A stretch of DNA of 63,790 nucleotides, the filler included. It is 7 parts of 7 records of this genome, joined end to end, with 100 filler letters (N's around TTAATTAATTAA, not from the genome) between each part and the next. Parts side by side here need not be neighbours in the genome. Positions count along the whole stretch, not along the records: positions 35,073 to 48,079 come from SRR31147125_8479; positions 48,180 to 53,238 come from SRR31147125_8484; 5 more parts are not named here. One strand, given 5' to 3'. Below are positions 41,276-50,260 of this stretch, in pieces. The notes beneath the pieces were generated by a model that worked only from the letters and a program-made list of their open reading frames with translations, ran no database searches and was not told the DNA's origin. How positions within the stretch are numbered: position 1 is the first letter of the stretch; every line of letters begins with the position of its first letter. Both the position numbers and the translations under genes were made by a program.

Positions 41276-42301
41276 ATGAATAAAAAAATATTAAAAAAAT
41301 TCCGAAATGCGGTAACGCAACATCGTGATGCATTATTGGAGCTGTTGAATGCAGGTTCAATAGATACTCATGTTCATTTAAGCAACGGGATCGCGGAACA
41401 TGCGGCAACAAATGAAATGTTACCAGTGCTGCCGAAGATTAATGAGACTCTTGATCGCATGGAAAGTGGTGAATTCGGTGCCTGTAAGATATGTAAGGGG
41501 CAGGTTGAGACCGAAAGATTGGAACTTGATTATACAACTTGTATTTGCCTGGATCATTATTCCAAAACCGAACTGAAATCTCTTGAACAGGACCTTGAAA
41601 TGGCAGCCAGGGTACAGAAACAATTATTGCCCTGTTCTGTCCCGACTATGACGGATTTCGATTTTGCCGTGCATTCGAAACCCGCCGAAATTGTCAGTGG
41701 TGATTACTATGATTTTTATGAATATGTGAATGGAAAACAGGGTGTGGTCATTGCAGACGTCATGGGAAAGGGGATTTCTGCCAGCATGCTCATGTCAAAC
41801 TTGCAGGCTTCACTACGTATACTTGGACCGGGACATGAAGATTTAGCATCACTAGCCATGCGACTGAATGAATTGTTTTGTTATAATTTAAAATTGATTC
41901 GTTTTATTTCGCTATTTCTGGCTGTGATAGATCCAAAGACAGGTGTTTTGCATTATTGTAATGCCGGCCATCATCCTCCCATATTAAAAGAGTCGAATTC
42001 AGATTCTCTACATTGGCTCAATCCCACCGGGCCAGCCATCGGACTTGTCCATAATCCAGTGTATGAAATGAAATCTGTGAAATTCAATTCAGGGGATTTA
42101 ATGCTTTTGTATACAGATGGTCTTGTGGAAATGCGAAATTTAAAAGGTGAAGAATTTGGCGAAGACCGGCTGGCGGCATATGTTCATGAGAATACCTTTC
42201 AATCTGCTCAGGATTTTATGGCTGGATTACAAAAAGATATAAGGGATTTTTCTTCGTTTTTTCATGATGACATGACCATTATGGTCATTAAAAAACGTTA
42301 A
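41276..42301 (+). CDS. SpoIIE/RsbU-type PP2C phosphatase with N-terminal DksA/TraR-like zinc finger
   Basis: FGACKIC...ERLE....CICLDH, then SGDYYD, ADVMGKG, NAGH, YTDG and DDMT motifs. Confidence 0.88.
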   Translation: MNKKILKKFRNAVTQHRDALLELLNAGSIDTHVHLSNGIAEHAATNEMLPVLPKINETLDRMESGEFGACKICKGQVETERLELDYTTCICLDHYSKTELKSLEQDLEMAARVQKQLLPCSVPTMTDFDFAVHSKPAEIVSGDYYDFYEYVNGKQGVVIADVMGKGISASMLMSNLQASLRILGPGHEDLASLAMRLNELFCYNLKLIRFISLFLAVIDPKTGVLHYCNAGHHPPILKESNSDSLHWLNPTGPAIGLVHNPVYEMKSVKFNSGDLMLLYTDGLVEMRNLKGEEFGEDRLAAYVHENTFQSAQDFMAGLQKDIRDFSSFFHDDMTIMVIKKR

Positions 42302-42302
42302 G

Positions 42303-43238
42303 TTACGGAGTACGTTGGTAAAAAAAGCCCCTTGGTTGATGTACTGCTTTAATTCTTTTATCTGCTTCCAAAACATCGAGGTATTTGTTTATTTCGTTTG
42401 TATGAAGTGCCAATATATTTACAAGATCCTCTAACGTGCAGGGACGGCGTTTTATGGTTTCAAGGATTGCCGATTCGATATCACTGCGATAGGAGAGAGT
42501 GCTCTTGCGTGTAGGAGCTGCCGCGATTATTTCCACCTGATCCATATCCCAAAAATCAATAATTTGGTTTAATGTGGTATGAGTCGCTGCACGAATTGTG
42601 GATAGAATCCCGGGCCTGTCAAGCGTGTTTAACTGTATGCGATCGGGTGAGATCTTTTTAATGGCTTTTTTGAGAGCACGGAGTTCTTTCTCTGTATCAT
42701 TAATGCCGGGAATGATAAAAACTTCAAGATATATTTTCCCTTTATATTCTTTACGGAATTGAACAAGACCTTCTATAATATTATCAATAGCCAAATCCAT
42801 ATGAGGGCGATTTATTTTATGAAAAGCCTCAGGTGTTGCCGCATCAAGAGATGGTAAGACCAAATCAGCTTTATTTATCTCATTTCTCACGTTTTTACTA
42901 AATAATAGTGTACCATTTGTCAAAACAGCAACAGGTATATCGGGAACGGTTGCTTTGATGAAAGATAATATATTGCCAATACATGAATTGAGGGTAGGTT
43001 CACCAGAGCCTGAAAAAGTTACAAAATCGGGCAAAGGATTATTATTAAAAAAGTGGTGCAGTTCTTTTTTTATACTGTCCGGATTGATGTATTCATCCCG
43101 TTTTATGGATAGTTCTGTTGTCGGGCCACACTCACAATAAATGCAGTTTAAACTACATGTTTTCATGGGCACAAGATCTACTCCGAGAGAAATACCTAAT
43201 CGGCGTGAAGGGACCGGACCAAATAAATACTTGTACAT
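42303..43238 (-). CDS. Radical SAM protein (COG0731 / GPVPSRRLG family)
   Basis: FGPVPSRRLG.SLG, CSLNCIYC, GSGEPTL and LTNG motifs. Confidence 0.9.
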   Translation of the reverse strand: MYKYLFGPVPSRRLGISLGVDLVPMKTCSLNCIYCECGPTTELSIKRDEYINPDSIKKELHHFFNNNPLPDFVTFSGSGEPTLNSCIGNILSFIKATVPDIPVAVLTNGTLLFSKNVRNEINKADLVLPSLDAATPEAFHKINRPHMDLAIDNIIEGLVQFRKEYKGKIYLEVFIIPGINDTEKELRALKKAIKKISPDRIQLNTLDRPGILSTIRAATHTTLNQIIDFWDMDQVEIIAAAPTRKSTLSYRSDIESAILETIKRRPCTLEDLVNILALHTNEINKYLDVLEADKRIKAVHQPRGFFYQRTP

Positions 43239-43244
43239 TATGAT

Positions 43245-44102
43245 TTAGTTCTTTTTAGAATTACGTTGCATAACAACAAAGTCGCCGGTTTGTACGTTGA
43301 TATTCCGGGAAATAAGGTCGCACTTTGTCAGGAGAAGGAAATATATATTCTGCCTGATACCCATTAATCCTTCCAGATTACCCTGTCCCTTTGAAATGAT
43401 GACATCGGCTTTATTAAAGATCTGCTTAAATTCATCCGAAGAGGTTTCCCAGACAATCCCTGGCGCGTCATCACCTGTGGTAATGACGTTTGCCACCTTG
43501 TCGATTCCGACCTGGTGTGCATCTTCAAGGGTGGCGTCATTTATGACCGGATAACCTCTTACAGCATAATATAAATGTGGATGTGTGATATTCTCAATAA
43601 ATAATTTATCAAAAACAATTTCACCACAATTATCACCAATATATAAAACCACATCAGCTGATTGGATATCTTTTTTCAGATTTATGGAATCATCAATGGC
43701 CAGGTTTGCGTTTGTGACCCGATTAATGGTATCCATAACATCCAATTGCACTTGTGGTCCAAAATCGATTACATTTCCGGCAATGGCTAGTCTCATAGCT
43801 GTATCAAACGGGTTTTTTGATTCTTTAACCAGTTTTTTAAAATCAGGATACAAATTCAACACCATTCGGTTATATTTCGTTTTAATGTCCTTATATGGAT
43901 CCGGATTAGCCAGAATGTCCCGCATTAAACGATGCAAAAGCCGGGCTAGAGCTGGAGGCGTTTGGTTGAAATTTTCTTCTGCCAAAATGGTTAAAAAACG
44001 ACGCATACCTGGTTCTCTTTCTTTTTCAGGTAAAATGCCCGCTTCCAAAAGCCGGTGAAAACTGTTAACAAAACAAGGGATACAATCCAGGGCTACTTTC
44101 AT
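43245..44102 (-). CDS. DUF89/ARMT1-like damage-control phosphatase
   Basis: CIPC, DPY, AGNVIDFG, DNCGE, INDAT, KGQGN and KC motifs. Confidence 0.9.
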   Translation of the reverse strand: MKVALDCIPCFVNSFHRLLEAGILPEKEREPGMRRFLTILAEENFNQTPPALARLLHRLMRDILANPDPYKDIKTKYNRMVLNLYPDFKKLVKESKNPFDTAMRLAIAGNVIDFGPQVQLDVMDTINRVTNANLAIDDSINLKKDIQSADVVLYIGDNCGEIVFDKLFIENITHPHLYYAVRGYPVINDATLEDAHQVGIDKVANVITTGDDAPGIVWETSSDEFKQIFNKADVIISKGQGNLEGLMGIRQNIYFLLLTKCDLISRNINVQTGDFVVMQRNSKKN

Positions 44103-44139
44103 TTGAAATCCATTCTTTTTTAATTATAACGTTTTTAGA

Positions 44140-44640
44140 CTAGTCCGGTTTATGCGCCAATTGGGTAGCTTCAATTAAGGGTTGTTTGGCATTGATGAGA
44201 ATACCATTTAGATGATCAATGTGATGCTGGAAAATCCGGGCCTGCGTATCGCTGGCCAGAATATCCTGTTTTTGTCCTGATTCATCAATTGCTTCGACAA
44301 CTATTTCCAGGGCTCTCTCTTTTAACCATTTTTTATCCGGAAAATTTATACAACTTTCATATTCTGTTTTCGTTCCGGCAGACCACGAAATGTGCGGATT
44401 TATGAGCTTGTATATCCAATTCTGTCTTTTCACCACAATCATACACAATGGGACACCTATTTGTGGTGCTGACAGACCCTCAATGCCGGACTTGATCATA
44501 ATCCGGATCATTTGATCGAATATTTTTAAAATAGTGTCGTCAATCGTATAAATTTTATCCGCTTTTTGGGATAGAATTGGATGTGGATATGTTAATATTT
44601 TAAATGGGTTGTTTTGCGTATATATGTTTACTTTTTGCAT
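44140..44640 (-). CDS. Peptide deformylase-like protein with altered catalytic motifs
   Basis: GLSAPQIG and INP are present; ESCIN replaces EGCLS and QHHIDHLNG replaces QHExDHLxG. Confidence 0.85.
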   Translation of the reverse strand: MQKVNIYTQNNPFKILTYPHPILSQKADKIYTIDDTILKIFDQMIRIMIKSGIEGLSAPQIGVPLCMIVVKRQNWIYKLINPHISWSAGTKTEYESCINFPDKKWLKERALEIVVEAIDESGQKQDILASDTQARIFQHHIDHLNGILINAKQPLIEATQLAHKPD

Positions 44641-44715
44641 ATAATTCCTGATTTAAAGCGATTAAAAAATCTGTTTAAAAAATTTATCGATAATATCCTG
44701 TTATCAGATATCGTT

Positions 44716-45105
44716 TTACCAGTTTTTCTGATGATTTCTATTTCTTCCTCTGTGACGCTTTCTACAACCAGGCATGGCAAATTGGACTTTAATATTATGC
44801 CCGCTAACAATCTCTTGGATGATTTTATCTACATCGCCACAGACAAATGGGATTGTTTTAATGTTTGCGTCAGTTAAAGCCTGCAGAAATGGGCGTGTGA
44901 TTGCCCCACAAGCGAAAATATCAATTCCCAGCTCGGTCATTTTTTGTATCTTTTGTGGTGGAGTTAAACCAGTGAGTCCTACTCTTTTACTGGATACATG
45001 ACCATCAGTAAGAAGGTCAGTCACCAACAAAATTACAGCTGTCTCAAATACTGGCGATACCCGGTTTCCCCATATTGGCATCGCTATTCTTTTTTTATTT
45101 TCCAT
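44716..45105 (-). CDS. NifB/NifX-family (dinitrogenase Fe-Mo cofactor-binding-like) protein
   Basis: RIA.P.W..RVSPVF..A, CGAI and C-terminal MPGC plus Arg-rich tail; ATG at 45105. Confidence 0.85.
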   Translation of the reverse strand: MENKKRIAMPIWGNRVSPVFETAVILLVTDLLTDGHVSSKRVGLTGLTPPQKIQKMTELGIDIFACGAITRPFLQALTDANIKTIPFVCGDVDKIIQEIVSGHNIKVQFAMPGCRKRHRGRNRNHQKNW

Positions 45106-45117
45106 AATTGACTTCAA

Positions 45118-45133
45118 TACAAATAGGATGCCA
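45118..45133 (-). promoter_or_regulatory. Candidate sigma54 -24/-12 promoter
   Basis: TGGCAT-CCTAT-TTGTA against consensus TGGCAC-N5-TTGCW (GT instead of GC at -12); adjacent to a sigma54 activator gene. Confidence 0.6.
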
Positions 45134-45217
45134 TGAAGTATAGAATGTCAAATAGTGTTTAATGTGTTGTAATTAATAGGTTTAATATTTTCATTGCGGT
45201 CTAATTTCATACAGATA

Positions 45218-45266
45218 AACGCAAAAATGCGATTCAGTTAAGATGTTAGGGTTGTATAAATGCGAC
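45218..45266. promoter_or_regulatory. Tandem candidate enhancer (UAS) sites
   Basis: AACGCA-aaaa-TGCGAT (45218-45233) and GTTGTA-taaa-TGCGAC (45251-45266) are imperfect palindromes 33 bp apart. Confidence 0.55.
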
Positions 45267-45334
45267 TATAAGGAGGGCGTGGATCTTAAAACAAAGAATC
45301 TGACAATTTAGATTGGGGGTGAACAGTACATAAA

Positions 45335-46714
45335 TTACGATTTTGTACTATTTGACCGGCCATCTTTACTCGGCAGTTTTATCCCCAGTTTATTAATTTT
45401 TCGAAACAGGGTACTTTTGTGCATCCCCAGTTCTGTGGCTGTTGCGAGTCTGTTCCAATTGTTTCTTTCCAGAGTTTGCAGGATCAGGTTGGCTTCCAAT
45501 TCATCTAATGTTGAGATCGAATGTGTTGTAAGGTCCTTTTCCGGCAGGTGGGGAATCAAATCACCTGGCAAATCATGTTGTTCAATGATATTTTGCCGAC
45601 ATAGAACGAATGCGTGTTCTATAATATTTTCCAATTCTCTGACGTTGCCGGGATAATCATGATTCATCAAAATGCGCATTACCTGGGGAGATACATCGGC
45701 AATGTTTTTATTTTGCAGATGATTAAAATTGGCAATAAAATGCCTGACAAGAAGCGGGATATCTTCTTTTCGTTGCCGCAGAGGGGGAATATGAATTTTA
45801 ATAACATTGATTCTGTAATAAAGGTCCTGGCGAAAAGTGCTATCCTGAACCAATTGATTCAGATTTTTATTGGTGGCGGTAATGATGCGTACGTTTGCTT
45901 TTTCCGATTGTGTGGAACCCAGTGGTTCATACTCCTTTTCCTGCAGTACGCGTAAGAGGCGAACCTGTAAGGCTGGCGTAATATCGCCGATCTCATCCAG
46001 AAATATACTTCCGCCTTCAGCTTGCGCAAACCGGCCCTTTTTATCTTTTTTCGCATCCGTAAATGCACCGGCTTTGTAGCCAAAAAGTTCTGACTCAAGC
46101 AAAGTGTCTGGCAAAGCACTGCAATTTACAGCTACCCAGCTGGAATTATTTCTTTTACTGAGACGGTGTATAACACGGGCGACCAGCTCTTTGCCGGTAC
46201 CGCTTTCGCCTTCGATAAGGACCGTACTGTCACTCTCGGCAATTTGTGGCAATATGCTGAAAAGTTTTAACATCTTTTTGTTTTTGCTAATAATATCCTC
46301 GAACGAATAGCTTTTTTCAAGTTTCTTGAGCAATTCGTTAACCACGGTCAGGTCGCGAAATGTTTCAACTCCTCCGATGACGTTTCCGTGGGGATCTTTT
46401 AATAATGCCGTTGATATGGCAACAGGTATTTGTTCTCCCTCTGAATTAACAATATAAATGGTTTTATTGAGCAACGGTTTTCCTGAATTCATTGTATATC
46501 TCAGAGCACACTCGGATTCGCATATATTGGCGCGAAATACATCTGAGCAATACTGTCCAATTGCTTCTTCTCTGCTAATACCCGTAATAATTTCTGCCGC
46601 CTGATTAAATGATGTAATTTTCCAGTTTTTATTGACTGTAAATACACCATCTGTGATGCTATCCAGGATAATTCGAGTAAATTCATTTATATTTTGATAA
46701 TTGTTATTGCTCAT
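45335..46714 (-). CDS. PAS-domain sigma54-dependent transcriptional activator (bEBP)
   Basis: PAS domain, GESGTGKE, ESELFG, GAFTDA, LDEIGD, FRQDLYYR, PGNVREL and Fis-type HTH. Confidence 0.95.
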   Translation of the reverse strand: MSNNNYQNINEFTRIILDSITDGVFTVNKNWKITSFNQAAEIITGISREEAIGQYCSDVFRANICESECALRYTMNSGKPLLNKTIYIVNSEGEQIPVAISTALLKDPHGNVIGGVETFRDLTVVNELLKKLEKSYSFEDIISKNKKMLKLFSILPQIAESDSTVLIEGESGTGKELVARVIHRLSKRNNSSWVAVNCSALPDTLLESELFGYKAGAFTDAKKDKKGRFAQAEGGSIFLDEIGDITPALQVRLLRVLQEKEYEPLGSTQSEKANVRIITATNKNLNQLVQDSTFRQDLYYRINVIKIHIPPLRQRKEDIPLLVRHFIANFNHLQNKNIADVSPQVMRILMNHDYPGNVRELENIIEHAFVLCRQNIIEQHDLPGDLIPHLPEKDLTTHSISTLDELEANLILQTLERNNWNRLATATELGMHKSTLFRKINKLGIKLPSKDGRSNSTKS

Positions 46715-47358
46715 GATGGAATAGATTTTCTTTACTGAAAAAGGTTTAACCAGATTTTTAAATGTGTTCCATTAAAAAGTATATATATTTCTTTATTAAA
46801 ACAAGTTTAAACTCATCAGATACATGTTTTAAAGAAAAAGTTTTATTTTAATGTATCATTCTTGTGAGAATTTATTGAGAATGGATTTAATTCTTTAAAC
46901 TTGAGCAAGTTGCAAAATTTACTGATATCTTTAATGAGTATCGTTTTTATTAAACGAATGGGGTGTAAAGGGGATCTATTCTCATATTCGTATCTTATAG
47001 TTAAAATATCCGATTACTAAAGCCAGATCAGTTCATTATCTACAACTGGGGCCAACTTTTTGCCATTGTTATTTCTATTTACATTTTTAATAGTTTATTC
47101 CTGTATCATTTCTTTTTCATACATAAAATAATATATATTCACATCAGGATTCATCTTTGAATTGAAAATATGGATTCTATCCCAGCGGGTATTTTTTACT
47201 TTTTAAATAAAAGAAAAAATGGAAAAGCACATAACGTGATTATGAAAATGATGAAATGTGATTATGTGGGCTTGCGAATTCCCCTTGATCTGTTCGAGAG
47301 AATAAAACAAGTTTGGAAATATCAGGTAGCAGAGGAGCTGTGACAGGCTGTATAAATT

Positions 47359-47392
47359 AGAGTCCGGTGCTTACAATGATGCACCGGACTCT
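47359..47392 (-). terminator. Hairpin ending the molybdo-flavoprotein operon
   Basis: agagtccggtgc...gcaccggactct perfect 12-bp stem. Confidence 0.7.
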
Positions 47393-47469
47393 AAAATTTA
47401 CGGACACAGGTGGATAAAATGATGTTGTTTGTGTTTCCGGAACGAAATGAAGTGTTTGAAATCAGTCAT

Positions 47470-47673
47470 TTAGAGTTCTTTAAAGCAACGTCGAGTTGGA
47501 CAACAGGCCTCCGGATTTACAATGTCGTGATCCGGTCCGACTGGAGTGGCTGTTTTGAGGCACGTGTATTGAGACGTCAAGGTGCGTTCATCCCCTTCCG
47601 AGTCATCCAGAAGGCCCGGGTAGGTCGGTCCGACTCTCATCAACATGGTACAATTTGGTTTTTTATCGTGCAT
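47470..47673 (-). CDS. 67-aa Cys-containing hypothetical protein
   Basis: AGGA RBS; co-oriented with the upstream gene and followed by the hairpin; C..L...YTCLKT..PVGPD...V.PE.CC..R.CF. Confidence 0.65.
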   Translation of the reverse strand: MHDKKPNCTMLMRVGPTYPGLLDDSEGDERTLTSQYTCLKTATPVGPDHDIVNPEACCPTRRCFKEL

Positions 47674-47717
47674 AATATTTTCCTGTTATTTATTCTTTTC
47701 TCATATTCTTTATAGAA

Positions 47718-48079
47718 TCAGGCAGAAATTATTTCTCTCACTGCTTTTTTCAGGAGATTCCCGGTCAGGATCACCTTATATTCATTATGATCTAATGGAT
47801 CTGCTTCTAAAAGTTCACTTTCTCCAGCTTTTTCAACCAGACTTTCTGAGGCTTCCTGGCCTTCAAGTATATTTTCTGCCTTTTTAGCCCGCCATGGTTT
47901 TGGAGCCACTCCACCCAGGGCTATTCGGACATCTGACAGGATCTTACCGTTGACTTTTGCTGCAATTGCCACACTCACCAGGGCAAAATCCATGGATTGC
48001 CGCTCTTTAAATTTCAGATAATGACTTTTACCCGAGTTATCCGGTATAGTCACATCAGTAATCACTTCCCGGGTTGAGA
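47718..48079 (-). CDS. Xanthine dehydrogenase/aldehyde oxidoreductase FAD-binding subunit (YagS/PaoB-like), 5'-partial
   Basis: YLKFKERQSMDFALVSVA, RIALGGVAPKPWRA and N.YKV motifs. Confidence 0.88.
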
Positions 48080-48179
48080 NNNNNNNNNNNNNNNNNNNNN
48101 NNNNNNNNNNNNNNNNNNNNNNNTTAATTAATTAANNNNNNNNNNNNNNNNNNNNNNNNNNNNNNNNNNNNNNNNNNNN
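48080..48179. other. Artificial contig spacer
   Basis: N44-TTAATTAATTAA-N44. Confidence 0.99.
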
Positions 48180-48180
48180 T

Positions 48181-48264
48181 AACTTTGCTAAATTTAATGA
48201 TGATTTAACAAACCTTGACTATGAATCAGAAGGTATGTTCATAAACATTGTTAAGGCGTGGTGA
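48181..48264 (+). CDS. C-terminus of an outer-membrane beta-barrel protein, 5'-partial
   Basis: NFAKFNDDLTNLDYESEGMFINIVKAW*; the final strand ends in an aromatic residue. Confidence 0.6.
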   Translation, partial: NFAKFNDDLTNLDYESEGMFINIVKAW

Positions 48265-48289
48265 TAATTGATAGGGAAAAGGAGAGAAA

Positions 48290-49090
48290 ATGCAAATAAA
48301 GAAAAGTTTTATATTGATACTGATACTGATATTTACTTTATTAACTTCTATTACTCTAGCAAACAACGATAAATTCTATAAAGATATTACCCTTGAAGAA
48401 GCAGAGAGATTGATAAATATTAACGAGGGAAATGACGATTTTGTTGTGTTGGATGTAAGGACTTATAAAGAGTATAGTACAGTAGGCTACTTGAAAGGAT
48501 CAATTCAAGTAAATTTTTTGGAAAAATATTTTAAAAAACATATCTCTTTACTTGATAAGAAGAAAGTGTATTTGTTATATTGCGCCTCAGGGCGAAGAAG
48601 TGTAAAAGCGTTAAATGATATGAAAAACCTCGGCTTTGAAAGAATATATCATATTAAAGAGGGAATAGGGATAAATTTTGAGGGTGAGAATAGTACTAAA
48701 TATGTTTTTGATGAGAATATTTGGTTAAAAGATTATGAAAAAGCTAAGGTTGAAGCCAAAAAACAAGGGAAACCTCTATTAATATATTTTAGTGGAACAG
48801 ATTGGTGTGGTTGGTGTAAAAAATTAAATAAAGAAGTTATATTTCAAAACGACTTTTTAAATTATTCTAAAGAAAAATATGTAATGTTAGTAATTGAATT
48901 CTTAAGGAATGGAGATAAAAAAATATTAGAGAAGAATAGGAAAATAAGAGCAAGTTATAATTTAAAAGGTGTTCCTAAAGTAGCAATTATTAATGAAGAA
49001 GATGAATTAATAAGAGCATATGCCTATAAACCAGGAGGAGTTGAAAACTATATTAAACTTCTTGAAGGAGAAAGCGAAATAATAGAATAG
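48290..49090 (+). CDS. Exported rhodanese + thioredoxin-fold fusion
   Basis: Signal peptide; LDVRT..EY and YCASGRRS (rhodanese); FSGTDWCGWC and GVP (thioredoxin fold). Confidence 0.85.
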   Translation: MQIKKSFILILILIFTLLTSITLANNDKFYKDITLEEAERLININEGNDDFVVLDVRTYKEYSTVGYLKGSIQVNFLEKYFKKHISLLDKKKVYLLYCASGRRSVKALNDMKNLGFERIYHIKEGIGINFEGENSTKYVFDENIWLKDYEKAKVEAKKQGKPLLIYFSGTDWCGWCKKLNKEVIFQNDFLNYSKEKYVMLVIEFLRNGDKKILEKNRKIRASYNLKGVPKVAIINEEDELIRAYAYKPGGVENYIKLLEGESEIIE

Positions 49091-49100
49091 GAGATAAAAT

Positions 49101-50260
49101 ATGAGCAAAAAAAAGAAATAATTAAGCGACCTTTTGATTGTAGATATAGTGACGAAGTAATAGGATTACTTAATAGATTAAATATATCTTTAATTCTCTC
49201 TACTTATCAGGCTGGAAAGGTAATAATTCTTTCAAGTAACGGTAAAAATATGCATCAGTTAGTTAGAGATTTTGCAAGACCTATGGGAATTGCTCTAAAA
49301 GGTCAACATATGGCTTTGGCAGGAGCACTAAATGTAACAGTTTTTAAAACGGATAAAGAGCTGGCAAGAACATACCCTAAAAAACCAGAAGTATATGATG
49401 CATTTTATTTTCCTACAACACTTTTTAGAACTGATTATGTTGATATACATGATATTGCATTTACAAAACATGGAATAGTAGGTGTTAATACATCTTTTAG
49501 TTGTTTATCAAAGTTAGATGGAGAGTATTCTTTTAATCCAATTTGGAAACCTGACTTTATTACTGAATTTACTCCGAAAGATTTATGTCATTTAAACGGA
49601 ATGGCAGTTAATGAGAATGAAGAGATATGTTATGTTACGGCATTTGGTAAAACTCAAAGTAAAGAGGGTTGGAGAAAGAGTAAATTAACCGGAGGGGTTT
49701 TGATTGATGTCAGGACAGGTCAAATTGTATTAGAAGGACTTCCAATGCCCCACTCACCCAGAGTATATGGAGGAGAAGTATATCTGCTATTATCAGCTAC
49801 AGAAGAGTTTGTAAAAGTTGATTTGAAGAATAAAACATATGAAGTTATTACGAAGATAGATGGTTTTATAAGGGGGCTTAGTTTTAAGGAAAATTATGCT
49901 TTCATTGGAGTAAGTAAACTACGGAAAACTCATACTTTTGCTGATTTACCAATTGCTGATAAAGAGATAAAAGCAGGAGTCGTTATAGTTGATATAACAA
50001 CAGGAGAGCTTGTAGGAGAAATAAAATATGAGAATAGTGTCGACGAGTTATATGATGTACATATCCTTGATGGAATAAAACGTGCTAATATTCTCAATTA
50101 CCAACAATCATTAAATCATCGTGCCTTAATTACACCTTTTGGATGTAGTTGGATAGAAAATATGATTGAAAAAGAAGGTAAAAATAGTAGTAAGGAAGAA
50201 AAGAATGAAAAAATTAAAACTAATAATCAGATAGCGGAAATAGGAGGGGAAAATGTTTAG
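49101..50260 (+). CDS. TIGR03032/DUF4915 family protein; apparent frameshift in A-run at 49107-49114
   Basis: The upstream in-frame SLILSTYQAGK belongs to the family N-terminus. DIHD, VNT.FSCL, CHLNG, MPHSPR and GF.RGL motifs; AGGAG RBS before the ATG at 49101. Confidence 0.85.

Noticed and set aside
44716-45105. NifX-like gene as evidence of nitrogen fixation
   Set aside because: No nifHDK or nifEN genes are present here, and this family is widespread in non-diazotrophs.
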